Shown here piece after piece: positions 27,090 through 41,050 of a stretch of DNA of 64,000 nt. Source of the DNA: Chrysomallon squamiferum (Eukaryota > Animalia > Mollusca); assembly GCA_012295275.1 (NCBI GenBank), contig CM022673.1, positions 25,358,001 to 25,422,000 on the forward strand, written 5' to 3'. Position 1 is the stretch's first letter, and every line of letters starts with the position of its first letter. Both the position numbers and the translations under genes were made by a program. Below the pieces are notes generated by a model. That model did no database searches. It was not told the origin of the DNA and was given only the letters and a program-made list of their open reading frames with translations.

Positions 27090-27960
27090 ATCTCATAAAT
27101 TATTAAGAACAAGTCATAAAGAGGTCACAGAAGATAAAAGGTGTGACAGTAAATCAAACTTATGGAACCAGGAAGCTTGGGAGAGCATCACCAGGTAAAT
27201 AGCAGCCCAGTTTCCAGACAGGTTTAAATGCACCACCAAGGATTTGAAGTAGTGGTGTCAAATGAAAGGTAAAGTTTAGGGAATAGCCACAGCAAAATGT
27301 TTTGACATACTTGATCAGATATAAGCAGTCTTGGAGATGAGATATTGGTCACTTTAAACACAGATGGAGATCTAGTGGATCTAAGGTAATTCAGACGAAA
27401 CAGACATTTTTGATATCACATCAGATGATAGCATTTCTTATACAAGTTATTCTAAAAATTCATCTGTTGATGCTAATAGCAGATAAATATTTCCATAATC
27501 TATATACTTACGAAATATTATTTTCCAATTTTGTAACATGTCGTGTCTATATTAATATGTATGAAATATTGTTTCTTTTGGCATATGGCTGCTTTCTCGT
27601 GATGGACTGTTTGACACCATGACACCTACAACATATCACACAAATCAACAAAAACAACAATTGGGAATGATCCCCAGATCTGAAACTGAAGAATAATGGA
27701 TAGTTGGTGAAAAGGAAGAAAGGCACAATGCCTTTTTTTTACCATGTTCAATTTAATATTGTCTAATAAAGTTTGAAATGAATCTTTGGAAATTCTATGT
27801 AGTTATACGATCTTGACATCAGTAAAAAAAAAGATTCCAGTTCTTAATGCTGCTCATCATTGGACATAATTTCTGTGCTCATCCACGTATTCCTGGGCAA
27901 TTTCAAACATTCATAAACCATCAACTGGTTTTGTTGAGCACAGGTTTCGGTAGCTGGTTA
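27090..27960. mobile_element. Decayed PIF/Harbinger-like transposon remnant (Myb/SANT-like fragment on +, transposase-like fragment on -)
   Basis: The plus frame reads HKLLRTSHKEVTEDKRCDSKSNLWNQEAWESITR*IAAQFPDRFKCTTKDLK*WCQMKGK, a Myb/SANT-like (MSANTD) pattern with stops. Minus strand 27799-27752 reads HRISKDSFQTLLDNIK, similar to the FRxSxxxFxxLxxxI motif of Harbinger transposases. No terminal inverted repeats were identified. Confidence 0.5.
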
Positions 27961-28229
27961 ATTGGACTTAAAAAAGTACGATGTATTTTAAACACATATT
28001 TCTAACTTATTTCAACATTCGTATTCATGTATAGACTTGTTTTCCCAAAAATTTGGTTATTAAGGAATAAGCATCTTTCATAAACTCAGCTTTTTATGTT
28101 TTAAAATCTTTCAGAACTGAAAGGGGTAAAAAAATAAAAATAAAGGTTGTAAATAATTGAGAAATTATAACAGTTATGAATTATTCATCCATTTTCTGTA
28201 GTTAAATGTTTATTGATTTGAGTTTCTTT

Positions 28230-31200
28230 TTATAGTCTGCTGGAAAACTGAGCAACACCTGCTAAAGAGAAAAGTAATAAATAAATAAAATAATATGATA
28301 ATAATAAAGAAATAAAATACAAACAACAGAAAATTAAATAGTTAAATATAATTTTAACTTATTTTCTACACAAATATATTTTTTTTGCATTGAAATTTCA
28401 ATATAGTTACAATATATACTGAATTATGCACAGAATTACAAATATTTGTTTTTTTGCATTCAAATTGCAATAGCATTAATAGAGCTATGATATAACAGAA
28501 TATATTTTTATTTATTTATGTTGCATATGGTATGCACACACCACTGAAACATATGATAGGTAATATATTATGCAATCTGACATCAGAACCAGCAGCTGGG
28601 TTAAAAAACTCAAACATAAATGACAAAAATGAGTAGTTGCGGCTACCTCCAAATATTTTCAACATGTCATAACAATTTATATAATTCACTTTAAATCAAA
28701 CTGAATATTGTCATTTATCTTATAACAGAATTTTAAAAATTATATATTTGTGTATGCAAGGTTTTTGTTTTTTTGTTTTTGGAACAAATAGTTCAGCTGG
28801 TGTAAGCAGATTTAATTTCATGATAAATGTCAGTTTATAATTTTTAATAACATCTAAAATAGATTTTAAATACAAATTATGAGATAAATGATATTACAAA
28901 TTTGATTTCCAAAGTATGTATACACAGATATATTCACAAAACAATTTGATAAAATAAAAAAAAAAAAAAAAAAAATAAAAAGTTTAGATAACCATTAAGT
29001 TTTAAAAGAGTTAAAAATAGATAATTTTACCTGTTTGATTTCCAAGAGTCCACAGGTCACTAATGATTTGATTCTTTAAGTGAAGTTTGTTTAGTACACT
29101 AATATCTTTAAAAAAAAAAAAAAAATTATGTCAAAGTATAACTAAGGATTAAAAAAAACTAAAAAAAGGTCACGATGACATTTAAAAAAATATTTTTGGT
29201 GATAAAAAAAAGCAACAACAGAAAATAAGGAAAAAAAAGCCAGTAAATAAAATAAAAAAAAAAAAAAAAAAAATAAAAAAATAAAATAAAATAAATAAAT
29301 AAATAAAAATAAAAACTGATTCAAAATGTTTAAATTGAAATTTGTTTTTATCCTTATATAACATATTAACATGAAGTATATTTTAAAGGGTAATATATAC
29401 AAATTGCCTTAAGTAGGCCTCTATTTAATATGGATTCAAGAGATTACTGTTAAACTGTTTGTAACTTGTGACCAATGATTTTTAATAATAAAATAAGGAA
29501 AGTGACATTTTTTTTCAGTTGACAAAATAATTTGGAATATACTTAAGCAAACTGAAATAAAGGCAACCAACTGATAATGCAGTAACTTTGAAATGACAAT
29601 TAAGCCTTTATAGACTGAGTAAATCATTGCAAAGAGGCTTTTTACTCAGTAATTGGGGGTTTTCAAAACATTCTCTCTATCAGTGATGTCATGATAAAAT
29701 GAAAAATGTAAATGCTTCTTGTGATTTTGTTATATTTTATTATTAGGAAAGACTGGCCACCAGTTAGTATGAAAATATAACAAATTAATTTATAGATTTA
29801 TTTGTGTTACCACTGAAAATACACTTTAAAAAGGTTGTCATATTACCTTGACTCATGCAGTATTTATGAACAACAGGCCATATAGTTATCATGGGTATAC
29901 TCATATTAACATGTGGGAAACATGCTCCAGAAGAGATATCTCTGGAATCAAAATATATTTTGGATTATGGGTTATCAAAAAATATTATTAAAATAATAAT
30001 TTTATAAACTTTATAATAAAGTAGAAGAAAAAAATCATTACACATTTTTTTAAATGATGGAAAAAAAAATTAATCTGATAGGATGATTAATTCACAAAGC
30101 TGTATGTTAACACTGTTTAGTGAGTGAATCAAACCTCTCTAGTATTTGTTCTTGGTTCCATATGCATTTGTAACCTTTACCATCAATATTTAATTTCAAA
30201 AGAAAACGTTCCAATTGTACATAAACCTAAATAAAGAAAATCTGAGCATTTATTTCTCTTGAAGACATACTTTGCATTACAAACCACAATTCCCAGAAGA
30301 TGTCCATCTTTATCTATGAGTGCTCCACCACTGGCACCAGCATGCACAGCACAAGTTGTCTGTAATTAACAGTATTTGTTTTCTCATAACAATAGACGTA
30401 TCTGTTCAACTGGTTGTAAATAATGAAATGTATCAAAATTAAAGACAAAGTAAAGACAAATTTTGAAAAAAAAATTGTTCTGATGTGGTTATGTAAATTT
30501 TATTATAAATGTTATAATTCTTTGATCATACTTTATTATATTTTGTAAGTCATTTTGAAGATAAGCATTTACAATGATCTTCATTGTTTTGTTTTGAGGG
30601 CATTTGTATCAGATGATGATATTTCACACTTGTTAATGAAATAATCAATTCTCATGCTGCAGTTTGATTATAAAATTTCCAAAATTCTTTCCCAACATTT
30701 TAAGCATTTTTGTACTTATGTGTATTAAATACCTCTACCATCTTATGAAAAACAATTACCTCAAATACTGGAGAGTAAAACGTAAGTAAATAAAATTCAG
30801 TTTGTTTCTTACTTGAATTATGACTGGGATCCTGTTTACACAGACCACCTTGGAGATAACTCCAGCAGTCACTGAAGGAAACAGGTTATCATCTGGTCCA
30901 AAACAGCCATGTCCAATGACATAAACCAAAGATCCTGAACATTAGTTATTAATATTATTAGTAGTTATCAGATTTCAAACATAGCTGTTTGTTTGTTTTT
31001 GTTTTTTCATATAACAATGGTATGAAAGATAAAACCTGTTATATGCAAGAACAGACTGAATATTTCTATCACTGTAAAAATTATTTTTCACAAAAATATG
31101 TTTTTTGGTTTTTTATATATGGATATTTAATTATAATTTGTTAAATTTATCATCTTTAACAGTCAAAAAGAAGAAGTCTTTTATATCTACTTCTCCACTT

Positions 31201-33270
31201 AAAATCTATATAAAAAGAAACATTCACTGGAAACAAAAGGACTGAGGAATTTGTATTTCTTCAAACCAGTTTTCAGTTACTGAACAACTGACTTTGAAAT
31301 GCATCAAGATCTTGAAATATATTGTAATCATATCTATTGAATTGTTATAAATAATAATTTTATTTGTGTATACATATATATTTCATGGCTAGCAGAACTG
31401 TTGATTTGTATTCCAAACAATTCACTTCTGAATCAGTTTTGTCATTATAAATTAATATTAGATTTGTATACAGATCAACATAATTAATATTCCTATCCAA
31501 TACACCTGCCATAATATGATAAATAGTCATTGATAAATAATTTAATTTTTTTTTAATTTTTTACAGTCAAATATTATTTAAAATATCCAGAAGCCATTAG
31601 AACTGATTTTACAGTATCTTTATTTCAAAATGTTCAAGGAAAACATGCTTTTGGGTGCCCCATGGCAGCTTCAGAATCTTTAGTTAACAGCCCCAATTGT
31701 TCCAGTGGCCCTGTATTTTATTTTAAAATTCAAAATATTTGTAGTTAGGGAGATGTATTAAATGAATAAATAAATAAAAAAATCATTCAATTCAGATCCA
31801 TTTACAATGCATATTTTTCTGATATGTGTGGGAACTCCATTTTGAAAGTAATTTCTGACCTTCTTTTGGAATGTATGGAATAAATGATGGTGCTTGAAAC
31901 TGATGATTTTGACTGGGATGATTGGCATATGACAGAACAGCCAAGTCAAACTGCTCTCCTAAAGGACTCCTCCACAAAACATCACATTCAGACAAAGGAG
32001 CCTTTCTTTTTCTCTTCAGATACACTGTAGAAAAAAACAATATAATTTACTGGCATTTTCATAATTAATCTGCAGTATGCTTAAAATACTTGCATAAATT
32101 TTTAGAATTAAAAACAAATTTATAAGAATATGTTTAAACCTTAGGTGGTATGAGCAAACTCTAAATATACTGGGTATACTTCCAACTGATTGTCTTATTA
32201 GTTATTCCATCATCCTGTGAAGGTTTTTGGTTTTTTTTTGAAAATTATGTCAGATAAAATAGAAAATTTAGCTTGGTAAGATTTTTTTATTAAATTTTAT
32301 TACAGAACTTTATCATTGGAAAAAAATTAAATAAAAATAAATTATAACTATAGATACTTGTGTTAGCAAAAAAAAAAAAAAAAAAAAAAAATCATTCTCA
32401 GATGTTAACTTTGTCTCATTATCATAAAAATTATAAATTCACTGAACTTGTGGGATTTTTTCATTTAAATGAACGTGTAACATTAGAATGATGAAAACTG
32501 ACAGGCGACAAAGTGCTTGGAAACTGATGTCAGGGCTAAACAATTGTTTTTTTTTCCACATAATTACAAACATCTGTCCTGAACAGCACAATAACAGTTT
32601 TTAGAAAGTAAATTAAAAAAAAGACAGAAATTTTGAAAACCAATATATTAATTACTGCTTTAAATACACTATTTAATGAAGAATCTGTAGAGTGTTGATT
32701 TTTCAAAAATGATTTACCTAAATATATTTGATTATTTAATTTTTTGGTAAGGGCATATGAATTGAATTGTAATATGTTACCTAATTATTCTATTTTTAAT
32801 TTATAGCTGTTACTACTGCGTTTTTTTTGTTTTTTTTCAAGAACACAAGTCTCTTTTTGTTGGATTACATTTATTAAAAACAGGGTAACTGATGTTACAG
32901 TAGATGTAACAATAGGTGTTTTAACATATACATTACCTTTGTTGTTTCTTTTAACAACATGGCTGCAGGTGAGAACCAGACGTCTGGCTGGATCAACAAT
33001 GATCCCAGAACCCCAAAAGTTATCCAGTTTTATCAATGCAATATTCTCAAACATGGCTAATATGTGGTCCACTGAATCTGTTTTATAAATAAAAATAACC
33101 AGTTTATCCATCTCTGCATATTTGGTTAGTGTTCACTTTGGTCAATTGTATTTCAAAAAAAAACTTTTGCTGCTGTATAGATTTATAAATTCAGCAAGGT
33201 AAAACTCTTATGATGCTGTGAATTTTTTTTTTTTAAATATTATTTATTTATTTATTATTATTATTTTTTA

Positions 33271-33302
<32 letters not shown>

Positions 33303-35991
33303 TTTTTTTTTTTACATTTACAGAGCAGCTTCTCAACCATATTCTCAGTAAAATTTCTCTAAAGGTAAATATTTTAAAATCACTGACATGTAAATGTTTA
33401 CATTATATTTATATATGCTGATGGAGATTTACATATTTCACATAAATAAAAATTAAATAATTTATTTCACTTCATTAACTAATGTCATTTGATTTTAATA
33501 TATGATAATAATGACAAAAATCTTATAAATATTACATACATAACTGAAAATCATTAATCAAAATTACTGTTATGTACTAAATTTAACTGAGCTGTTGTTT
33601 TTATTTCTAAGCTGAAGTCACTGTATCAAGCAGGCTGATTATAGGAACTTCAACAATTTAAAACTGAAATTTCAACTACATTAGTCCAAAACACAACCCA
33701 AATATAACAGTAATCTATCCTTCCATGATAGGCCTGGGTGTGGTACAGGTGGGAGCAACTCATTCTCAGATTTCCAGAACATTCAGTTGACTTTGGCTTG
33801 CTGTAACAAACTTAATGCAGACAACCAGAGCAACTCAGTAAGGCCCAGACTTACCAAGTTGCATTATGACAGATATTTGCATACCTTGTAACTCCAGAAA
33901 CACATCTTTACAGTGATGTTATCAGTGACAGACACCTTACATGAATAAGAACTTTCAAACTGCTCAGAAAACAGTTACTGACAGTGCAACATCATCATTT
34001 GAGACTGCACTCAGCCCAGATTGTGTAACTTCTGCAGTAACATGACTAGCACAGAGCATGGATACTAAAACTCAGCATTACAATGATGGCATTCTTCATC
34101 CAGCTGTCTTACCATTGGTAATTATACAGAATTTCCTTGGTGCTCACCAAATTTGTTCCCTTTAGAACACTTTTAAGATGTCATTGATCACTGTAGACAA
34201 TAAAGAGAACACTCTCCAACCAATTAATCCAGTGTATCCCGTGTGACTTCATCACACTTTTTCTGAGTGTTGGAGAGTTTTTCTGCATATTGCATCACGA
34301 GGTGATCATGCATGATTTTAATGTGACTTCTTATTGAACCTTGACCTTTGCATATTGTCAAATATGTTGAAAGCTTTATTTTTATGATTCCTTGTGATTT
34401 TCATTTCCAATGCCGATTATGTTCACATGTTGATCTTTTCAAAATATTTTAATTCATACATATGTCTACTCGTACTTTTAAACTAAAAATCTGTGGAAAA
34501 GTTTCTTTTTTATCAGATTTACCTCATCATAAATCATTTATATCAGTTTATAAAAAGAGACATTTTACAAAGTTTGCTAAATAAAGTTACAAAATACATA
34601 CCTGTACCTTTCCTGATGTTTGGAAATGTTTGGTTTATTGAATTTACTAATACACCATTTCTGTTCAAAGAATCCAAAATCAGATCTATAGAACAGGCAA
34701 GAGACAGTCCAATCCATTCAGAGTTCTTCCAGCACAGTGTTGCGACAATTATACCAATTAGATACCTAATACAAAATCACAGTATCAATGTTAATACAAT
34801 TATATAATACTTATCTTCTTTTTTTTTTTAAATCTCAGTGTGATTAAGTAACTTTTTTAAAGTGCAAAAGTAAAAATAAATAAAAAGTATTTACATTGTT
34901 ATGTAACAATGCTTTATAATGACAGATTTAAAAATATAAACAAACTTTTTAGTTATCATTAGAAACATTAATGAATTGTTAGGATTATCAGAAGAAATAC
35001 AAAGATAAAAATATATCAATCAATAAATAAATAAAATTTTCAAATTTGTTAATTACTGCTTTCTAACAAATGTCCATTACAATAACATGTTAGATTATTA
35101 CATAACAGAATAGCATGAAATTATACAACTCATCCACTGCTGTTCAATCAATGTTTTTGTGGGGTTTTTTCTCTTATTTTTAAATATTTTAACTTAAGCT
35201 TACTTTTTCTCATCTACAACTGAATACAGTGGTCCACCTTCACATCCGGGAATACATCTGGCATCAGTGAAAATAAGACACTGATTCTTTCCTGCCAGGT
35301 TGCTAATGATACCCCGACTACATGAATTTATTAAAGCGCCAGGGAAAAGGTTTCCAAAAGGCGTGGCTTGAATTTCAACTGGTTCACCAGAACGACAAAG
35401 CCGAGACGATCGTATCAACAGATTCGACTTGCAGCTGGTCCAGTCATTCACTTTCAGTAAAATAAAATATGGTAAGAGAGTAAATGCTGTAGCTTCAAGA
35501 CTGTGCTGATCACTGGAAGATGAAGTTGAACTGTTTGATGGTTGATCATCAGAACCATCGGCAAATTTCCAGTTAGACAGAGGTGTGAAATATTTCACTG
35601 CATTCTCAAACACAGCACACTTGAATATGGAAACCACTGATCCTGTGTGAACAGAGTAATCTGGATATCTGTCTTCAGAGGAAGAATTCAGAAGAGATGT
35701 CAGATTGTTCGATTTTATCACGTTTTGCATGGTCTTGTTGTCCTTTACTCTCCTTTCGAGAGTGATCTCCACATTTTCTTTACTGTTGATATATTTAACA
35801 CAGCCATCTAGCTCTTGTGATGTGACTGCTTCCTTCAGATGTTTGTCTTTGAGGACAATGGCACCTAACAAACTGGCATGAGCGACAACAAATCCCTGTG
35901 ATGTATCAATAATGAGTCCACTGCCTGTACCTTCTCCATCATAGTTTTTAGCTTTTAGTGTCACTACGCAAGAATGGTTATAATGTGCCAT
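28230..35991 (-). CDS. TYSND1: Peroxisomal leader peptide-processing protease (trypsin-like, ~556 aa)
   Basis: Exons 35991-35204, 34765-34602, 33077-32937, 32024-31860, 30934-30813, 30359-30271, 29941-29847, 29105-29031 and 28261-28230 (1671 nt, in frame). Motifs: TDARCIPGCEGG, LCWKNSEWIG, the catalytic triad LTCSHVV / FDLAVL / HAGASGG, and a C-terminal PTS1 -SRL*. Confidence 0.93.
33720..34440 (-). mobile_element. Possible heavily decayed Tc1/mariner-like insertion in a TYSND1 intron
   Basis: A GC-elevated island with broken frames loosely resembling a Tc1 transposase N-terminal region. There is no intact motif. Confidence 0.3.
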
Positions 35992-36190
35992 CTAAGAATG
36001 CATAATGACCAAGAATGATTATTAAAAACATATATTTTTTCAAAATTATAATTTATAATGAATAATTTAACCAACTAAATTTCAATACAAACAGTCTACT
36101 AGGTAATCTCTGTTCACAAAGACATTGGCAATAGTGATTGGGCTTTGATGGCCTTTATGTAAAAAAACTGTTAGGGCCCAGGATCCACTG

Positions 36191-36192
<2 letters not shown>

Positions 36193-36230
<38 letters not shown>
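36193..36230. repeat. (TA)n microsatellite
   Basis: Directly visible. Confidence 0.9.
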
Positions 36231-36233
<3 letters not shown>

Positions 36234-36388
36234 ACACACACACACACGTTCTTGACAATGAAAAAGTAACCAATGAAAACTGATTTTTGGTCTTATTTTA
36301 TCACTGTACAAATAAAAAATACTACTGCTACTACTACTCAAAATAATAATAATAAAACAAAAAATTAAACAAATTAAAAATTAAATTG

Positions 36389-36424
<36 letters not shown>

Positions 36425-37249
36425 TATACACTAATATAATAAATAAAAATAATAAAATAGAGAAAAAGTAATTAAAAAAATAATAACAAATGAAGATATA
36501 ATTTAAAAAGTAGTATTATTGATATCCATTATAGCATTAGTCATTTAAAAATAGTCTTTAATAATCAGATACCATGAAGATAAAAACGATTTCCTTACAT
36601 AAAAGCCTGCACTGAAAGTTTTACATATTAATTTAAAAAGCTATTTGAAAAAAATATATATTATTTTTAGTTTTCCTTTTATTTATTACTTCTATATAAT
36701 TTCTTCAAAATCTATGAAATGAGGATCAAGAACAATAATTGATCCTCCTGCTCAAACTTCTTGAAATTCTTGTGGACCCAACACCTTTCAGACTTTGTTC
36801 ATTAAGTATCATTATTATCATTATTTATTTATTTATTTATTTACTTGTTTAAATATTTTGCATGTGTTAACGTCAGACTCAAAGATTTTTGTAGCTTTGC
36901 ATATCATTATTTTGATTTTTTTGTGAACAAAATGATGCACAAAAGTCATTCGAACTTTTCGTTGAGCATTTCAGTTTGATTTGCATTTCTATTTTCTTAT
37001 AAACAAAATACGACAGTATCGGCGTTATCTACAATAATACACATAATTTATTTAAAAGTAATGCAAATGCATGTTAATAGTTTTGCATTTCATCATACAC
37101 ATAAGTATTAAATTTAAAAAATAAATAAATCAATCAATAATAAATCTTTATTCATATTAAATTTAAAATTACAGCTTACAGACTATATATTTATTTTTGT
37201 GAATGTATGGATAAGTAACCAATGCAAATGTCTAGAACAATAAAGCAGA

Positions 37250-37320
37250 AACTGGCATGCGCAGTGCGTGTGGCTGATGTTGTTTTCGGTAAAAAGTAGG
37301 TCACATATGTGACGTCAGAT
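37250..37320. promoter_or_regulatory. Likely bidirectional promoter core for TYSND1 and BICRA
   Basis: Contains an NRF1-like GCATGCGCA (37255-37263), the palindrome GTCACATATGTGAC (37300-37313) and an overlapping CRE TGACGTCA (37310-37317). It is flanked by outward-facing donors: minus-strand GTAAGC at 37179 and plus-strand GTGAGT at 37595. Confidence 0.55.
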
Positions 37321-40214
37321 AGTCTGCGTGTTGAGCACTGTTCATGTCATACAGTGCAAAAGAAAGGATATGTAATACAATCAGACTGAAATAGTGATAA
37401 TGTTATTAAACAGCACATTAAAATATAATCATACATACTTCACTTTCAAACTGAAAATAAAGAGAAGCAGCCAAAATTGATTCCTTGGACGAAACAAAAA
37501 GTAAAAAAAATAATCAGGTCAGCAGGTCAAAGGTTAATCCGGCCCCTGGCATAAAATTGTAAACCCCCGTTAATCATTGGCACGTTACATGACGGTGAGT
37601 GTTTTCTGAATATTATTTCGCTGATAAAATTTGCAGGGAAAGGCAGGGGTTTGCCAACACATGTAACTGAAATGGCTGATTTAGGTCCACAGATACAGAA
37701 TAATAAATAAAATTTTCCTATCATGAATGGTGTCGTTGAACAGACTTTCATTCAGTCTATTTTGAGCACCAAGGCATTTTCTACGATGAGGTCAGCTTTG
37801 TAAAATATAGCCAGTTCATGTCGAACCTAAGAATGAATTGCAGAAATCCACCATGAAAAATGACAGTGACCTCGTCACTGTAGTTAATCTTTTATTTTTT
37901 ATATACTTGAAATTAGCTAAATGATGAGTAAAACTGTTTAAAATAAAAATGTACAGTATAACAGATTATGGTCTAAATTTGATAAAAATTGAAGCGAAAT
38001 TCGCGAAGCATTTATTTTTACCTCGTCGAGCTTTCTTCGGTGTTGCAGCCTACAATGTTTTTAATATGTATGCATTCATAAGTTAACGTTTGACTTGATA
38101 TATATCGTTTTCATACATTTAAAACTGTTAAAGTAAGGTTAATATTTTGTCTGTTAAATTTGATAAACGCTCTTTGGAAATAACATTTCACATTCAAACG
38201 GGCGCCTTTTCTTTGTAGATAATTAGTTGTCGGCCATTATTCGCTGTAATTTGTTATTTCGACAGTACAACTATTCTGACTCCTGACTTTAGTTAGGATC
38301 AAGAATAATTTTACTAAACGATTGTCAGTTATGTGTGTAAAATATGAATTTCATGAAATCTTAAATGTTTATTTTTCCTATTTTGACTCGACTGAATTAA
38401 AAACAAACCACAGTATATTAGGTTTCTAATAGCAAATATTAATAAAAGTATTGAACATGAAACCTATAAAGCCAATGTCTACAGCTTCGTATTTAACAGA
38501 GAAAAAGTCGAGTTGAACAAAATTAATATGCCACTACATCTGTCAAATCATAATGGAAAATTTTACAAGTGTATGTCATGTAGTAAAATTGTACATTAAA
38601 TAACATTTTATTTACATATCAGTAACGTTCTGAAATGTCAGTTTGATAATTAAGTTTTATTTGGATATATTGGACAATTTCCTAAATGCCAATAATCAAT
38701 TACTGTAAAAAGTGGCAAGGAATGTTAAAATGTTACTAAAGGTTATTTACTTATTTCTAAAATGTAACATTTTAATTTTATACTCTATTATTTTTTACTC
38801 CTTTTATGTAACTGAAAGCAAAAAAAACAACAAAAGGCCAACTTTTTTAATACAATGTGCAGAGAACAGGTGTTGAGTAGTGTTTTTCACATACAATCAA
38901 CAGCTTCTAAGTTTACATCCTAAAAATAATTTGAAAGTGAAATCCTAAATGTAAAACAAACCAAAAATTCAGATATTTAAATTATTTTCATAATCATTTA
39001 GGATAATTGGTTTGAAGTGGCTTTCAACTTCAGTATGGAAAAGTTAAATAGTGTAAAAACTTAAATTTGTCTTCATTTTCTGCTTTATTTTTATCACGTT
39101 TCAAATAGTTTTAAAAAATGCTTTATTCATTAAAATTCAGTTAATTCCAGTAATAAGAGCATTACATGTTCAGTTTATGTCCTCCAGTAGATTATGACAT
39201 TTCTAATTTACAGTATTGAATATTGTGGCTGTGACTATGAAGATCATGTGGCAAGTGTGGAAGCATCATATAGAGGCCACTTGATCAGATGTGTAAGTAT
39301 ATTCTTTCACTGCAGTCTAAATTTCACCTTTACTGTATTTTCATACATACTTATTACATCTATGTAATTGTGACAAGTACAACATACATATCTTTTGTTT
39401 ACTTAAAACTGATTTATTTCATTTATTTAAACCTTTGTATTTTCTAATAAAAATGCTTCAGAGAATAATAATAATAAGTTAATAAGCAGAAGCAGTGAAA
39501 AAACGAATGCAGCAGTTTCTTCTATATTTGAATTCTAAGAGTATTGTACCTTGTAAATGTGATGAAGAAGACCATGTCACATGTAATATCTTCATTCATC
39601 AAACAAACAGTTGAATTTACGTCAGATAGGTAAACAGTAGTAAATGACTGACAGTCTTTTTTTTCTTTTGATTTTCATTTCTGTAAATTGTACAGCCGTC
39701 TCAGTGACACACACACACACACACACACACATGGCTAAACAAGGTTCTTGAAGCAGCAGATAAAGCTGTAATTTTATGATTCTAAAAATGTTGTAAACTG
39801 CTAATGTATGTTTGTTATTATTTTTCTAAACCATCAGGTCCTTTCCTCCTTCAGGCACACTCACATGTACACATTTATCATAAATCTTGTTAAACCAAAA
39901 TAAAATTTGCACTTGAACACCTCTTTCTTATTTTTAATTTATTTATGCATTTTTTTTTTTAACTGTTAATACTGAATTATTATGAGATGAATTTGAATAA
40001 AAAGTCTGATTACTAGAGTATTCAGTTACAAGCATATGTAATATCTGCCATTCAGGAATATCCATCAGTCAGAATTAACAAGATTGGTTATATATTTAAA
40101 TATTCCAAAAAATGAAAATATTCTGTCTTTTCTTTAATAAACTTAATACTCATTTTATTTTTCAAGCATTATAACAGTATAACTCAAATTTCAGTAACAG
40201 TAATTATTATCATA

Positions 40215-40870
40215 ATTTAGTTCCAGGATTCGTTTTGAACAGAAAATATTCTCTGTCAGTTCTTGCAGTTTTCAAGGAATATACTGTGATGTGGCCAGTG
40301 TATTCCAGGTCTCTGATATCGTGGTTGATCAACTTGTCTTTCAGAGACTGGATTTTGGCTCAGATAGAACTGTATATTTGGTTTCCTGCCAGAGCTTGCC
40401 AGTGTCCAGCTAACTGCTATAATTTAAAGTCCACCATAGACTACATAAATAGGCCTTCTATTTTGAACATTTTGGGGTGACTGTTAATTTAGTGGCTGGC
40501 ATTGCCTATGTAGTTAAACATTTCTGAAGTCTGTAGCCCTTCTGCACAGATGTTAGTGACATAATCCTTCAGTAATTTTATCTTTTCATCCTCGGGAACA
40601 GTCAGCAGTTGGGTGAACCCAGACATCCTCAACTTTGTCCAGCAGAATCACTGGAAAGGCTGAAGCATTCCAAATTGAATTTTGTACAAAATAATTCTAA
40701 ATCTGATCTTGTCTTACGATTGTGTTCTATCTGTTCTGCCATCTGCAATGTCCTTTCAACAGTCACAATATTTCCAATGTGTTCTCGCTCCAGTCTTTTT
40801 CTATGCCAAATTTATGCTGGTTATAAAATAGATGCCCGCTGCCTTGTACTGTTTCAAAGAGGTCACTCAA
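40215..40870 (-). pseudogene. Decayed coding fragment of unknown origin in the BICRA 5' intron
   Basis: An intronless GC-elevated island giving about 200 protein-like codons in two frames with scattered stops. Confidence 0.45.
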
Positions 40871-41050
40871 ACCTGCCAATATAGATTAAACAAGAAAAAA
40901 TACAGAATACAAGCACTTGCCTGCTAAATTAAAATGGTAATCCTTTAAAATTGTAGATACAAATATATTTTTTGATTTATTGTTGTAAAAAAGTCTTTGT
41001 TTATTGTTATTAGCTAAAAATTATGTTTATTTTTTTCAGTTCCATCTGAA

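Noticed and set aside
29142-29402. Hydrophobic F/L/I-rich ORFs (also at 24238-24907 and 33218-33421)
   Set aside because: These are artefacts of poly-A/T intronic or UTR sequence, with no splice or homology support.
32140-32185. Possible extra 46-nt TYSND1 exon
   Set aside because: It has AG/GT ends, but it would shift the frame and stop before the catalytic Asp. Skipping it keeps the frame.
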